Shown piece after piece: positions 10,701 to 19,345 of a DNA stretch of 64,000 nt (position 1 is the stretch's first letter; the number at the start of each line of letters is the position of its first letter). The notes below the pieces were generated by a model. It did no database searches and was not told where the DNA came from. It saw nothing but the letters and a program-made list of their open reading frames with translations. A program made the translations under genes and the position numbers. Location: the NCBI GenBank assembly GCA_007118895.1, contig SKQS01000016.1, positions 8,538-72,537 of the forward strand. Reading direction: 5' to 3'. This DNA comes from Wenzhouxiangella sp. GTDB lineage: Bacteria > Pseudomonadota > Gammaproteobacteria > Xanthomonadales > Wenzhouxiangellaceae.

Positions 10701-11141
10701 CTGGCCAGCCAGGTCGATCTTCATGTCAGTGCCCTGATCCCCGATGCCTACCTGCCCGATGTTCACCAGCGGCTGGTGCTCTACAAGCGCATCGCCCAGG
10801 CCGAGACCAGCCGTGAGCTGGATGATCTCCAGGTTGAAATGATCGACCGCTTCGGCCTGTTGCCACCGCCGGTCAAGCATCTGTTCGTGACCGCAACACT
10901 AAGGCTGGAGATTCGACCGATGGGCATCACCCGGCTCGAGGTAGGACCGGCCGGCGGGCTGGTCGAATTCCGCGACAAGCCGGATATCGACATGGCTGAA
11001 CTGCTGAAGATGATCCAGGTTGAATCGCATACCTTCGAACTGCCGGCCAATGATCGCCTGCGAATCAAGGGTGAGCTGGAGTCGTTCGAGGACAGGCTGG
11101 CGCTGGCCGAGGAGATCATCGAGCGCCTGACGCCGAAGTGA
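7731..11141 (+). CDS. mfd: Transcription-repair coupling factor Mfd
   Basis: 1136 aa. Contains the superfamily-2 helicase motifs GDVGFGKTEVALRAAF, VIDEEQRFGV and TATPIPRT, plus QLHQLRGRVGRS. Length and domain order are typical of Mfd. Confidence 0.97.
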   Translation: MPSKPFSVLDPPRPNSEDPEHWPALDGLELALAVSALGRRKGGPVLVVAPDGYQARRLRDDLNLLDGPPAELFPDWEILPYDLYSPHPDLVSRRLALLARLPTAESGIVIAPVTAMMQRLPPVGFVAGRSLSLNVGGKLDPDNFCAAMSDAGYQTSDQVWQPGQLARRGAVLDLWPMGLESPLRIELFDDEIESIRTFDAETQRSLDKRQRVDMLPAREYPFDEDSRQAFRRRFRLAFDIDLRQALPYHEVGDGIHGQGLEQYLPLFFDQMAGLPDYLPAEHRLVVLDGADRAADQYHQQIRARHEHRRGDRQRPALPPEALYFDAAWLSDQLSQQASVICDLPGLERKPPPEVDLDHRAEASAKWLCNRPERILLAADTAGRRELIHDALRAAGLDPKAVSSWSAFVSGGTSPMLSVLPFSGGAWLESEGLLILTEAELFPGHTRTLRRDRRSAQDPESLIKSLTDLQAGALVVHLEHGIGRYLGLEVLDVGDTTAEFLCLEYAGGDKLYVPVTDLHLVSRYTGTDPEQVDLHQLGSDRWKKTRRKAAGKIRDAAAELLNLQARRAARQGHAFPIDRGMYARFAAGFEYEETDDQQQAIDAVLADLASDQPMDRVVCGDVGFGKTEVALRAAFTVTLSGRQVAMLAPTTLLAEQHYRTFADRFADWPVRVALLSRAASAAEARQIIAGLADGTIDIVIGTHRLLQADIDFHDLGLVVIDEEQRFGVRQKERLKALRAEVDLLTLTATPIPRTLNMAMAGIRELSIIATPPARRLAVKTFVSEWDGGLIRDAISREFQRGGQVYFLHNELKSMPRIAGELGEMFPDARIGTAHGQMRPGEMEKTMREFYARRINLLVCSTIIENGIDVPTANTIIINRADKFGLAQLHQLRGRVGRSHHLAYAYLITPPPRAITRDARKRLEAIQTLEELGAGFTLASHDLEIRGAGELLGEEQSGQIEAIGFSLYTDLLNRAVDALKAGIEPDIDDPVSLASQVDLHVSALIPDAYLPDVHQRLVLYKRIAQAETSRELDDLQVEMIDRFGLLPPPVKHLFVTATLRLEIRPMGITRLEVGPAGGLVEFRDKPDIDMAELLKMIQVESHTFELPANDRLRIKGELESFEDRLALAEEIIERLTPK

Positions 11142-11163
11142 TCGCCCCTGTAAAATCTCCATC

Positions 11164-12156
11164 ATGAAATCACTCGCGATCGGCCTGACCCTGGCACTGA
11201 TGTCGCTGTCTGTTGCAGCTGATGAACGCCCACCGCTGTATCGCGTCGAGATCATCGTGTTCACCCACGCCGATGGTCGTTCCGATGCCAGGTTTGTTGA
11301 TCGACTGCGCCACTTCGACGATCACCTGGACCCGGCGCAACTGGCCCGTATCCAGCAGCGGGCCGAGCAGGCAGCGGCTGAAGCAGCCGAAGTCGAGCCT
11401 GATGAACCGGACTTTCTGCGCGCCTGGGACGAAGCCACTGGCGAGGCTGATTTGGAGCCTGACGAGCCAACTGTCGACCCGCCATGGATTCCCCAGCCAT
11501 GGATTGCCAAGCCTGAACTGAGCGCCGAGATGCGCCGAGCGCTGGATCGCCTGGTCGCTGATCCCAGCTACCAGGTCCACAGCTGGCGAGCCTGGTATCA
11601 ACCGGCGATACGCGGCGTCGCCCACCCGCGCGTTCGGCTCCACGACGATCACATCGTCGACGCCCGCTGGCCGGAGTTCTTCCTGCTTCCCGTCCCCGAT
11701 CGCCCACCTACGGGGGATGAGATTGGGGAAATTCAGGACTCCCATCATTCATTTGGAGACCCTCATCGTCTGCCAATGGATCCACCTCCGGACCAGGACA
11801 GCCATGCACCATCCGGCAAGCCGACAAGCATCCCGCCGGTCCTGGCGAGCCCGGACTATCGGCTGGATGGCACCGTTCGGCTGCGCCAGCGTCAGTTTCT
11901 GCACCTGGAGTTCGACCTCGAGTGGCGCGATCGGCCGCAGCCCTTGTTCGATCTTCCCGGCCATCAGCCGCTGGAGGGATTCCTGATTCACCGACTGGAA
12001 CAGAGCCGTGTGGTGCGCCGCGATCGACTCGAGTATTTCGACTCAGCCTGGCTGGGCGTGCTGGCGCGTATCGAGCGCTTCGAATATCCGGAGTGGCCAG
12101 AGCCGGAAACTGACCCTGACGGAACGTTCACGCCTGAAACCGGTCCGGAATGGTAG
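11164..12156 (+). CDS. CsiV-family (DUF2803-like) periplasmic protein
   Basis: 330 aa with a signal peptide (MKSLAIGLTLALMSLSVAADE). Family-like landmarks are LYRVEIIVFTH, SYQVHSWRAWYQP, GTVRLRQRQFLHLEFDLEW and RLEYFDSAWLGVLARIE. It sits immediately downstream of mfd, as I recall for csiV in Vibrio. Confidence 0.6.
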   Translation: MKSLAIGLTLALMSLSVAADERPPLYRVEIIVFTHADGRSDARFVDRLRHFDDHLDPAQLARIQQRAEQAAAEAAEVEPDEPDFLRAWDEATGEADLEPDEPTVDPPWIPQPWIAKPELSAEMRRALDRLVADPSYQVHSWRAWYQPAIRGVAHPRVRLHDDHIVDARWPEFFLLPVPDRPPTGDEIGEIQDSHHSFGDPHRLPMDPPPDQDSHAPSGKPTSIPPVLASPDYRLDGTVRLRQRQFLHLEFDLEWRDRPQPLFDLPGHQPLEGFLIHRLEQSRVVRRDRLEYFDSAWLGVLARIERFEYPEWPEPETDPDGTFTPETGPEW

Positions 12157-12184
12157 CGTGAAGAAAAACAACCAGGAGCTCATC

Positions 12185-13333
12185 ATGAAAGCAAAGTACC
12201 TGAATTCATTCAAATGTTTCGCGGTTTCGCTGATGCTGGCGGCATCAGGGGCGATGGCTGCCGAGTCCAAGACCGTTCGCAGCGAATATCAGGGGCTGCG
12301 CATCGTGCCGATTGCCAGCGACCTGGCCCACCCATGGTCGATTGCCTTTCTGCCCGACGGCGACATGCTGGTCACCGAGCGCCCCGGTCGGCTGAATCGG
12401 ATCGACGCCGACGGCAATGTCACCCGGATCGAGGGCGCTCCGGAAGTCATGGCCCGCAATCAGGGTGGGTTGCTTGAGGTTCTGCCGCATTACGACTTCG
12501 AAAACAATCAGCTGATCTATCTCACCTATTCCAAGGCCGATGGAGATCAGACTGCCACGGCGCTGGCCCGGGCGCGCCTGGACGGCGACCGGCTGCATGA
12601 ACTGGAGGACATCTTTGTCCAGGATCGCTTTTCCTCGCCTGGCCGTCACTACGGCTCGAAGCTGGCCTGGATGCCGGACGGTACGCTGCTGATGAGTATC
12701 GGCGACCGCGGCGTCGAGCCCGAGCGCGCCCAGGACATGAACGACCACGCCGGCAAGCTGCTCAGACTGACCGCAGACGGCGGCGTACCTGATGACAATC
12801 CCTTTGTCGGCGAGGAAGGCGTTTTACCGGAGATCTTCACCATCGGCAATCGCAATATCCAGGGCCTGATCGTGCATCCCGAAACCGGCCAGATCTGGGC
12901 TACCGAGCATGGTCCCCGAGGTGGAGACGAGCTCAACCTGCTCGAGCCGGGCCATAACTACGGCTGGCCGGTGGTCTCCCGCGGCCTCGACTACCGCACC
13001 CAGGAGCGCTACGGCAACAAGGCCGTCTACAGTCGCGATGACATGGTCGACCCGGAAATCGACTGGACACCGTCCCTGGCAGCCTCGGGACTGGCCTATG
13101 TACCCCAGGACAGCCATTTCCGGATGTGGCGCGGCGACCTGCTTGCCGGCGGGCTGCGCAGCGAGCAGATTCGCAGGGTGCATTTCGTTGACGGCATCCC
13201 CTGGCACCAGGAGGAGCTGATTCGCGGCGAAATCGGTCGAATTCGTGACGTGCGCATCGGCCCCGACGGCAACATCTACGTCGCCACCGACCACCCCTCC
13301 GGCGGCATCTACAGGATCGAGCCTTCCAGCTGA
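12185..13333 (+). CDS. PQQ-dependent sugar dehydrogenase (soluble aldose sugar dehydrogenase YliI-like)
   Basis: The track ORF begins at 12008, but that extension overlaps the upstream gene. ATG 12185 gives a signal peptide (MKAKYLNSFKCFAVSLMLAASGAMAAES). Beta-propeller motifs are typical of the family: HPWSIAFLPDGDMLVTERPGRL, GGLLEV, GNRNIQGL, HGPRGGDELN, GHNYGWP. Confidence 0.85.
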   Translation: MKAKYLNSFKCFAVSLMLAASGAMAAESKTVRSEYQGLRIVPIASDLAHPWSIAFLPDGDMLVTERPGRLNRIDADGNVTRIEGAPEVMARNQGGLLEVLPHYDFENNQLIYLTYSKADGDQTATALARARLDGDRLHELEDIFVQDRFSSPGRHYGSKLAWMPDGTLLMSIGDRGVEPERAQDMNDHAGKLLRLTADGGVPDDNPFVGEEGVLPEIFTIGNRNIQGLIVHPETGQIWATEHGPRGGDELNLLEPGHNYGWPVVSRGLDYRTQERYGNKAVYSRDDMVDPEIDWTPSLAASGLAYVPQDSHFRMWRGDLLAGGLRSEQIRRVHFVDGIPWHQEELIRGEIGRIRDVRIGPDGNIYVATDHPSGGIYRIEPSS

Positions 13334-13346
13334 GACTTGTTATTGC

Positions 13347-13372
13347 GGCAGGTCCGTACTCTCGGGCCTGCC
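13347..13372. terminator. GC-rich hairpin between convergent genes (possible bidirectional terminator)
   Basis: GGCAGGTCCG / loop TACTCT / CGGGCCTGCC forms a 10-bp stem with one G-U pair. It lies in the 46-nt gap between the sugar dehydrogenase stop and the tsaE stop. There is no clear U-tract. Confidence 0.45.
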
Positions 13373-13379
13373 CGCTGGT

Positions 13380-13802
13380 TCAGCGAACCAGGATCGTGCG
13401 GGTTCCGGCGTTTCCGCCATCATCTATATGGATGCGCCAGGTGGGCGGGGGCAAATGGTTTTCGGCGCGCTCTGGCCATTCAATCAGGACCAGGTTGCTG
13501 CCTTCGAGCAGCTCTTCCAGGCCCAGCTCGTGCAGCTGATCCGGACTGGTCAGGCGATACAGGTCGAGGTGGTGAATCTGGCGATCTGCCAGGACATAGC
13601 TTTCCAGCAGGCCGTAGGTCGGACTCTTGACCCTTCCCGGGTAGCCGGAGGCCTTGAGCAGGCCGCGCACCAGGGTGGTCTTGCCCACGCCCAGCTCGCC
13701 ACTCAGAACCACGATGCCACCTGCTTCGAACATCGGCAGCAGGCGCTCGGCCAGCGCCAGCATGTCGGCCTCGGTCTCGGCGCTGAATGAATACTCGCTC
13801 AC
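13380..13802 (-). CDS. tsaE: tRNA t6A37 biosynthesis ATPase TsaE
   Basis: 140 aa with a Walker A LSGELGVGKTTLVRGLL and an HLDLYRL motif. The GTG start overlaps the nnr stop (GTGA). Confidence 0.92.
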   Translation of the reverse strand: MSEYSFSAETEADMLALAERLLPMFEAGGIVVLSGELGVGKTTLVRGLLKASGYPGRVKSPTYGLLESYVLADRQIHHLDLYRLTSPDQLHELGLEELLEGSNLVLIEWPERAENHLPPPTWRIHIDDGGNAGTRTILVR

Positions 13803-15265
13803 GCCGGCAAGACCACGGCCAGGGCGTCGATCAGTTCACTGGCAAGGATCTGGCGTCGCCCGGCAGCGGCGCGGTCGCCAGCCAGCGCATGCAGGAACAC
13901 TCCCGCGCAGGCCGCATCGAAAGACTCAAGGCCCTGACCACGCAGGCTGGCAATGATGCCGGTCAGCGCATCTCCCATGCCGGCACTGGCCATCGCCGGA
14001 TTGCCCGCTGCACAGACGGCCACCAGACCTGCCGGTTCAGCGATCACGGTTCCGGCGCCCTTGAGCACGCACACGGCGCCGAAGCGCTCGGCAATCTGCC
14101 GGGCGGCGGAAAATCGATCGGCCTGGACTGTGGCGGTGTCGATTTCCAGCAGCCGTGCGGCCTCGCCGGGGTGTGGGGTGAGAATCCAGTCGCGTGCCGG
14201 TCGCCGCCGGCATGAGAGCAGATTCAGGCCATCAGCGTCGATGATCAACGGCACGTCGACAGTGATGACACGTTCCCAGACTACCTTTGACCACTCGGAT
14301 TGACCCAGGCCCGGGCCAAGCGCAACGACCCCGGCCAGATCGAGTATCCGCGCCAGGTCCTCGTCATCCTCCACCGCATGGCTCATCAGCTCCGGCTGGA
14401 TAACGGTCGGCAAGGTGACATGCTCGGCGCGGGTGCCGACCGTGACCAGGCCGCTGCCGGCAAGCAGAGCCGCCCGTCCGGCCAGCGCCGGTGCCCCGGC
14501 CATGCCGCGATCACCGCCAACCACGGCGACATGGCCCAGGTCGCCCTTGTGAGTAGTAGCCGGACGCGGTGGCAGCACTGACTCCAGCCAGATCCGGTCA
14601 AGCAGCCAGGCATCGGGAGGCGGTTGCCGATAGACCTGCTCGGGAACATCCAGATCGAAGAACTGACGCTTCCCGCACATCAATGGACCCTGACCAGTGT
14701 AAAGTCCGCGCTTGCGCCCGATAAAGCTGACTGTCACCCGGGCTTTCACCGCCGCCCCCATCACCTCTCCGGTATCTGCACTAAGGCCGGACGGCACATC
14801 GACTGCAACCACCGGGCGATGCCGACCGGCAAGCCGCTCGATCATGGCCCGGAACTCACCTTCAACGGGGCGATCCAGGCCTGTTCCCAACAGCGCATCG
14901 ACAATCACATCGCCACGCATCCGCGCTGACGGCTGCTCCAGGCCGCCGTCCAGCGCCAGCCAGTCGTCGGCCGCCCGCCTGGCGTCACCCTTCAGGCGCG
15001 AGGGTTCTACCAGAGCGATCACCTGCACGGCCAGCCCTGCTTCATGTGCCAGTCGTGCCACCACGTAACCGTCACCACCGTTGTTTCCACCGCCGCACAG
15101 CACCGTTATCGCGCGCGCCTGCGGCCATAGCGCACGGATGACCTGGAACACCCGGGCGCCGGCGCGACACATCAAGGTATAACCGGGCACGCCAAATTCC
15201 TCGATCGTGCGCCGGTCCAGCTCGGCCACGGTCGCTGGCCGATATAATCCCAATCCATGCCTCAT
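13799..15265 (-). CDS. nnr: Bifunctional NAD(P)H-hydrate repair enzyme Nnr (epimerase / ADP-dependent dehydratase)
   Basis: 488 aa. It has an N-terminal YjeF_N domain (VLCGGGNNGGDGYVVA) and a C-terminal carbohydrate-kinase-like domain (HKGDLGHVAVVGG, GNPAMASAGMGDALTG). It shows the classic nnr-tsaE adjacency. Confidence 0.93.
   Translation of the reverse strand: MRHGLGLYRPATVAELDRRTIEEFGVPGYTLMCRAGARVFQVIRALWPQARAITVLCGGGNNGGDGYVVARLAHEAGLAVQVIALVEPSRLKGDARRAADDWLALDGGLEQPSARMRGDVIVDALLGTGLDRPVEGEFRAMIERLAGRHRPVVAVDVPSGLSADTGEVMGAAVKARVTVSFIGRKRGLYTGQGPLMCGKRQFFDLDVPEQVYRQPPPDAWLLDRIWLESVLPPRPATTHKGDLGHVAVVGGDRGMAGAPALAGRAALLAGSGLVTVGTRAEHVTLPTVIQPELMSHAVEDDEDLARILDLAGVVALGPGLGQSEWSKVVWERVITVDVPLIIDADGLNLLSCRRRPARDWILTPHPGEAARLLEIDTATVQADRFSAARQIAERFGAVCVLKGAGTVIAEPAGLVAVCAAGNPAMASAGMGDALTGIIASLRGQGLESFDAACAGVFLHALAGDRAAAGRRQILASELIDALAVVLPA
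15243..15248 (+). promoter_or_regulatory. Candidate -10 box (TATAAT) for queG in the nnr/queG divergent region
   Basis: A perfect TATAAT lies 30 nt upstream of the preferred queG ATG (15278). The -35 is poor. Confidence 0.3.
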
Positions 15266-15277
15266 GCCGCTGATTAT

Positions 15278-16345
15278 ATGAATAATCCGGGTCTACAGCT
15301 CGATTCCCTGGTCAAGGCCATTCGCCGCTGGGGCGGCGAGCTGGGTTTCGACCAGGTCGGGATTGCCGACTGCGATCTCGAGCAGGCCGAGCAGCGTCTG
15401 GCCGAGTGGCTGGGTCGCGGATTTCACGGCGAGATGGAGTGGATGGGCCGACATGGCAGCAAGCGGACACGGCCCGCGGAGCTGGTGCCCGGCACGATAT
15501 CGGTGATCGTTGTCCGCATGGACTACCTGCGACCGGAAGCCACACCGGTAGAGAGTCTGCTGCAACGGCCCGACCGGGCGTGCATTTCACGCTACGCGCT
15601 GGGCCGCGACTATCACAAGGTGCTGCGACAGCGCCTCAAGCGTCTGGCCGAGCGCATCGAGCACCAAATTGGACCATTCGGCTACCGGGTGTTCACCGAT
15701 TCGGCCCCGGTAATGGAAAAGCCGCTGGCGGCAAAGGCCGGACTGGGCTGGATCGGCAAGCATACCAACCTGCTCAATCGCCACGCCGGCTCATGGTTCT
15801 TCCTCGGCGAGATCTACACCGACCTGCCGCTACCCGCAGACCCGCCGGTCAGCGATCACTGCGGCAGCTGCACCCGCTGTATCGATGTCTGCCCGACCCG
15901 GGCCATCATCGCGCCCTATCTGCTCGATGCTCGCCGCTGCATTTCCTACCTGACCATCGAACACTCCGGCGCTATCCCCGAGCAGCTCAGGCCGCTGATC
16001 GGCAACCGCGTCTACGGTTGCGACGATTGCCAGATGGTCTGCCCATGGAACCGCTACGCCAAGTTCTCGCCGATCGATGATTTCAAGCCGCGCACTGATC
16101 TTGACAGCGGCGAACTGGTCGAACTGTTTGGCTGGGATGAGGCCACCTTCCTGTCGCGTACCGAAGGCACTGCCATTCGTCGCATCGGCCATGAACGCTG
16201 GCTGCGCAACCTGGCGGTCGGTCTGGGCAACGCCCCGACCACACCGGCCGTAGTCGAAGCACTTCGCGCCCGCCTCGATCACCCGTCGGCACTGGTCAGG
16301 GAGCATGTTGCCTGGGCGCTGTCGCGTCACGGGGAAGCGGCTTGA
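15278..16345 (+). CDS. queG: Epoxyqueuosine reductase QueG
   Basis: The translation aligns by eye with E. coli QueG from MNNPGLQLDSLVKAIRRWGGELGFDQVGI onward (HGEMEWM, two 4Fe-4S CxxCxxC motifs CGSCTRCIDVCP and CDDCQMVCPWN). The track start 15257 would add 7 residues and overlap the nnr start. Confidence 0.92.
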   Translation: MNNPGLQLDSLVKAIRRWGGELGFDQVGIADCDLEQAEQRLAEWLGRGFHGEMEWMGRHGSKRTRPAELVPGTISVIVVRMDYLRPEATPVESLLQRPDRACISRYALGRDYHKVLRQRLKRLAERIEHQIGPFGYRVFTDSAPVMEKPLAAKAGLGWIGKHTNLLNRHAGSWFFLGEIYTDLPLPADPPVSDHCGSCTRCIDVCPTRAIIAPYLLDARRCISYLTIEHSGAIPEQLRPLIGNRVYGCDDCQMVCPWNRYAKFSPIDDFKPRTDLDSGELVELFGWDEATFLSRTEGTAIRRIGHERWLRNLAVGLGNAPTTPAVVEALRARLDHPSALVREHVAWALSRHGEAA

Positions 16346-17364
16346 AAACGGACATCATCCGCAACGCCGAGCTTGGTCGACTGACCACCTTCGGTCTGGC
16401 CGCCCGCGCCACCGAGCTGGCAGTGCTGGAAGACCCGGCGCAACTGCCTGCCCTGCTTGACTGCAACCGACCGGTTCTGATGCTGGGCGGCGGCAGCAAC
16501 ACCGTGTTTCTGGGCGACTTCCCGGGCCGGATCATCCTCAACCGGCTGCGCGGAATCGACATGGAGACTGTTGACGACAGGACAGTGCGAGTAACGGTTG
16601 CGGGCGGTGAGCACTGGCACGGGCTGGTCCGCTGGTGCCTGGACCAGCAGCTGCATGGTATGGAAAACCTGGCCATGATTCCCGGCCTGGTGGGGGCAGC
16701 GCCGATGCAGAACATCGGCGCCTACGGCGTGGAGCTGGCCGATGTGCTGGAAGCAGTGCAGGTGTTTGATCGGGCACAGGAGAAAAGCTGCTGGCTGGAA
16801 GCCGCAGAGTGCCGCCTGTCCTACCGGGACAGCCGCTTCAAGACTCAAGATCGCAATCGTTTCGTGATCCTGGCGGTGCGGCTGCTGCTGTCGCGCCAGT
16901 TCCAGCCGGTGATGCGCTACGACAGTCTCAGTCAGGCCCTGGCGCGAGCCGGTCTGGATCAACCCACCCCGCGCCAGATTGCCGCCGCGGTGATGCGGAT
17001 ACGCCGCCACCGGCTGCCCGACCCGGCACGGCTGGCCAATGCCGGCAGCTTCTTCAAGAATCCGGTCATGCCGGCGACCCGGGCCGCCGAGATACTGGCC
17101 CTGGAACCCGACCTGGTGAACTGGCCGCAGTCCGACGGCAGCGTCAAGATATCCGCAGCCTGGATGATCGAACGGCTGGGCTGGAAAGGAAAATCACTGG
17201 GACGGGTCGGCGTCTATCACGGCCATGCCCTGGTGCTGGTAAATCACGGCAACGCAGTTGCCGCCGAGCTGCTGAGGCTGATCGAGGCGATCAGGAACGA
17301 TGTAGGCAGCCGCTTCGGACTCGACCTGGAGGTCGAGCCCAACCTGATTGGCGATCCGGGCTAG
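16342..17364 (+). CDS. murB: UDP-N-acetylenolpyruvoylglucosamine reductase MurB
   Basis: 340 aa and collinear with E. coli MurB (GGGSNTVF, IPGLVGAAPMQNIGAYGVEL, CRLSYRDSRFK, GSFFKNP, DGSVKISAAWMIE). The TTG start overlaps the queG stop (TTGA). Confidence 0.93.
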   Translation: MKTDIIRNAELGRLTTFGLAARATELAVLEDPAQLPALLDCNRPVLMLGGGSNTVFLGDFPGRIILNRLRGIDMETVDDRTVRVTVAGGEHWHGLVRWCLDQQLHGMENLAMIPGLVGAAPMQNIGAYGVELADVLEAVQVFDRAQEKSCWLEAAECRLSYRDSRFKTQDRNRFVILAVRLLLSRQFQPVMRYDSLSQALARAGLDQPTPRQIAAAVMRIRRHRLPDPARLANAGSFFKNPVMPATRAAEILALEPDLVNWPQSDGSVKISAAWMIERLGWKGKSLGRVGVYHGHALVLVNHGNAVAAELLRLIEAIRNDVGSRFGLDLEVEPNLIGDPG

Positions 17365-17371
17365 TCCGGGC

Positions 17372-19327
17372 TCAGTTCCCGGGCAGCAGGTAGCGGCGAA
17401 TGAAAAGGGTCTCGGCCTCGGCCCGCGCCTCGCGATTGGACTGGCGCCGGAACCCATGGCCTTCATTGCGGGCCAGCATGTACCAGGGGTTGTGTCCGGC
17501 ACTGCGCATGGCGGCAATGATCTGCTCGGACTCGCTGGCCGGCACCCTGGGATCATTCAGCCCCTGGATCACGAACAGCGGGCGGGTCAGCCGCTCCGGA
17601 TGGTTGGCAGGAGAGATCTGCTCGAGGAAGGCGCGCATCTCGGGATCGCGCTCGTCGCCGTATTCGGCGCGCCGGAGGTCACGTCGGTAATCGCGAGTGT
17701 TCTCCAGAAAGGTGACGAAATTACTGATACCAACGATGTTGACTCCACCGGCCAGCCGATCGCCGAAATGCATCAGGCTGGCCAGCACCATGTAGCCACC
17801 GTAGGAGCCGCCATAGACCATCACCCGGCTCTCATCCAGCTCCGGCTGCTCGGCAATCCAGTCCAGCAAGGCGCCAATGTCGCGCACCGAATCCTCGCGC
17901 AGCCGCCAGTCGTCAAGCGACAGGTAGGTCTTGCCATAGCCGGAGGATCCGCGAACGTTGGGTGCAACCACTGCCGCGCCCAGTTCGTTGACCCAGTACT
18001 GGAAGGTTGGCGAAAATCCCGGCCGACGCTGCGCCGCCGGACCACCGTGGATTTCGACGATAACCGGATGCGGGCCCTCGCCGCGCGGACGGTATACCCA
18101 GGCCGGAATCATCCGCTGCTGGCCCTCGGCTTCCTCGTCGAAGGTCGGGTAGAGAACGTGTTGCGGAATCACGAACTGATCTGCCGACAAACCGCCCAGC
18201 TCGCTGTAGGTCCAGCGACTGACCGTCTGCTGAGACAAGTCCAGTGAATAAACGTCGCCAGCGACGTTGGCGGCCTGGAAATTGAATCCAATACGATTGC
18301 CATCAGGGTGATACTGCGGCCCGGAAATGATGCCTTCAGGCAGGTCGGGCAGCGGCTTCGGCTCACCGTCCGGCAGGGACAGTCGACGCAGACGACCGTA
18401 TCCGCCCTCATTGAGGACGTAGACCAGCTCGTTTCCGTCAGGTGAAACTGCCACATCAGTCACATCCCAGGGGTGATCGGCCAGCAGTCGCAGCTCACCG
18501 TCCTCAAGGTCCACCGCGAACAGGCTCAGGAACTCGCGCCCGACGTCGCTGATCAGGACCAACTGGTTCTGACCATGTCCAAACCTCAGGTTGCGATAGG
18601 CATCCACACCCCCGTCGTCGAACAAGCGTTCCAGACTGCCGGTTTCCAGGTCGAGGATCCACGGATGGCTTTCGGCCGTGGAAACCACGTGCAGAAGCAG
18701 CAGACGCCGGTCGCTGGCATCGAAGTCCAGCGGCATCCAGGCGCCCTCGGTTTCAAGCAGCAGGCGCTCGGCGCCGGTACCGAGGTCGACCAGGTAGATG
18801 TCCCAGTCTCGGCCGTTGCGCCGGGTGCTGTAATAGGCGGCCTGATCGCCGGCGGTGGAAAGCACCACCGCACCGTGGCGGGCATCACCGTCGGTCAGCA
18901 GATCGGTGCGCGAATCCTCCAGATCGATGCTGAACAGCTGAAAATCCTCGCTGCCGCCAACATCGCGCAGCAACAACGCCAGCGGACGACCCTCGATACT
19001 GGCGGGCGCGGCGAACTGCACCGGCTCGTCAAAGAAGGTGAGCTGCTCACGGCGGCCACCAGGCTCATGGATCCGGTAGACCTGCGTGGTCTCGCCAAGC
19101 CGGGTGCGAATCAGAAGACCGCTCTCCGGCAGCCAGCCGGCCAGCGTGGCCGAACGGGTATTCAGGTAGGGTCGCAAGCGCTCGCGAACTTCGACCGGGG
19201 TAGTCGGCACATTCTCGAAATAAAGCTCTCCTTCATCCCTGACCTGAACTTCCGGCCCGGCCCATGCCGAGCTCACAGCAGCCAGCAGCAGGCATGAAGG
19301 GACCCATGCTTGGAACTTGAAGAACAT
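17372..19327 (-). CDS. S9 family serine peptidase (prolyl oligopeptidase / acylaminoacyl-peptidase-like), secreted
   Basis: 651 aa with a signal peptide (MFFKFQAWVPSCLLLAAVSSAWA) and an N-terminal beta-propeller-like region. The C-terminal alpha/beta hydrolase carries the nucleophile motif GGSYGGYM and later a D and H (GLNDPRVP, EGHGF). Confidence 0.88.
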   Translation of the reverse strand: MFFKFQAWVPSCLLLAAVSSAWAGPEVQVRDEGELYFENVPTTPVEVRERLRPYLNTRSATLAGWLPESGLLIRTRLGETTQVYRIHEPGGRREQLTFFDEPVQFAAPASIEGRPLALLLRDVGGSEDFQLFSIDLEDSRTDLLTDGDARHGAVVLSTAGDQAAYYSTRRNGRDWDIYLVDLGTGAERLLLETEGAWMPLDFDASDRRLLLLHVVSTAESHPWILDLETGSLERLFDDGGVDAYRNLRFGHGQNQLVLISDVGREFLSLFAVDLEDGELRLLADHPWDVTDVAVSPDGNELVYVLNEGGYGRLRRLSLPDGEPKPLPDLPEGIISGPQYHPDGNRIGFNFQAANVAGDVYSLDLSQQTVSRWTYSELGGLSADQFVIPQHVLYPTFDEEAEGQQRMIPAWVYRPRGEGPHPVIVEIHGGPAAQRRPGFSPTFQYWVNELGAAVVAPNVRGSSGYGKTYLSLDDWRLREDSVRDIGALLDWIAEQPELDESRVMVYGGSYGGYMVLASLMHFGDRLAGGVNIVGISNFVTFLENTRDYRRDLRRAEYGDERDPEMRAFLEQISPANHPERLTRPLFVIQGLNDPRVPASESEQIIAAMRSAGHNPWYMLARNEGHGFRRQSNREARAEAETLFIRRYLLPGN

Positions 19328-19345
19328 TAACGCCTCACTTGTTGA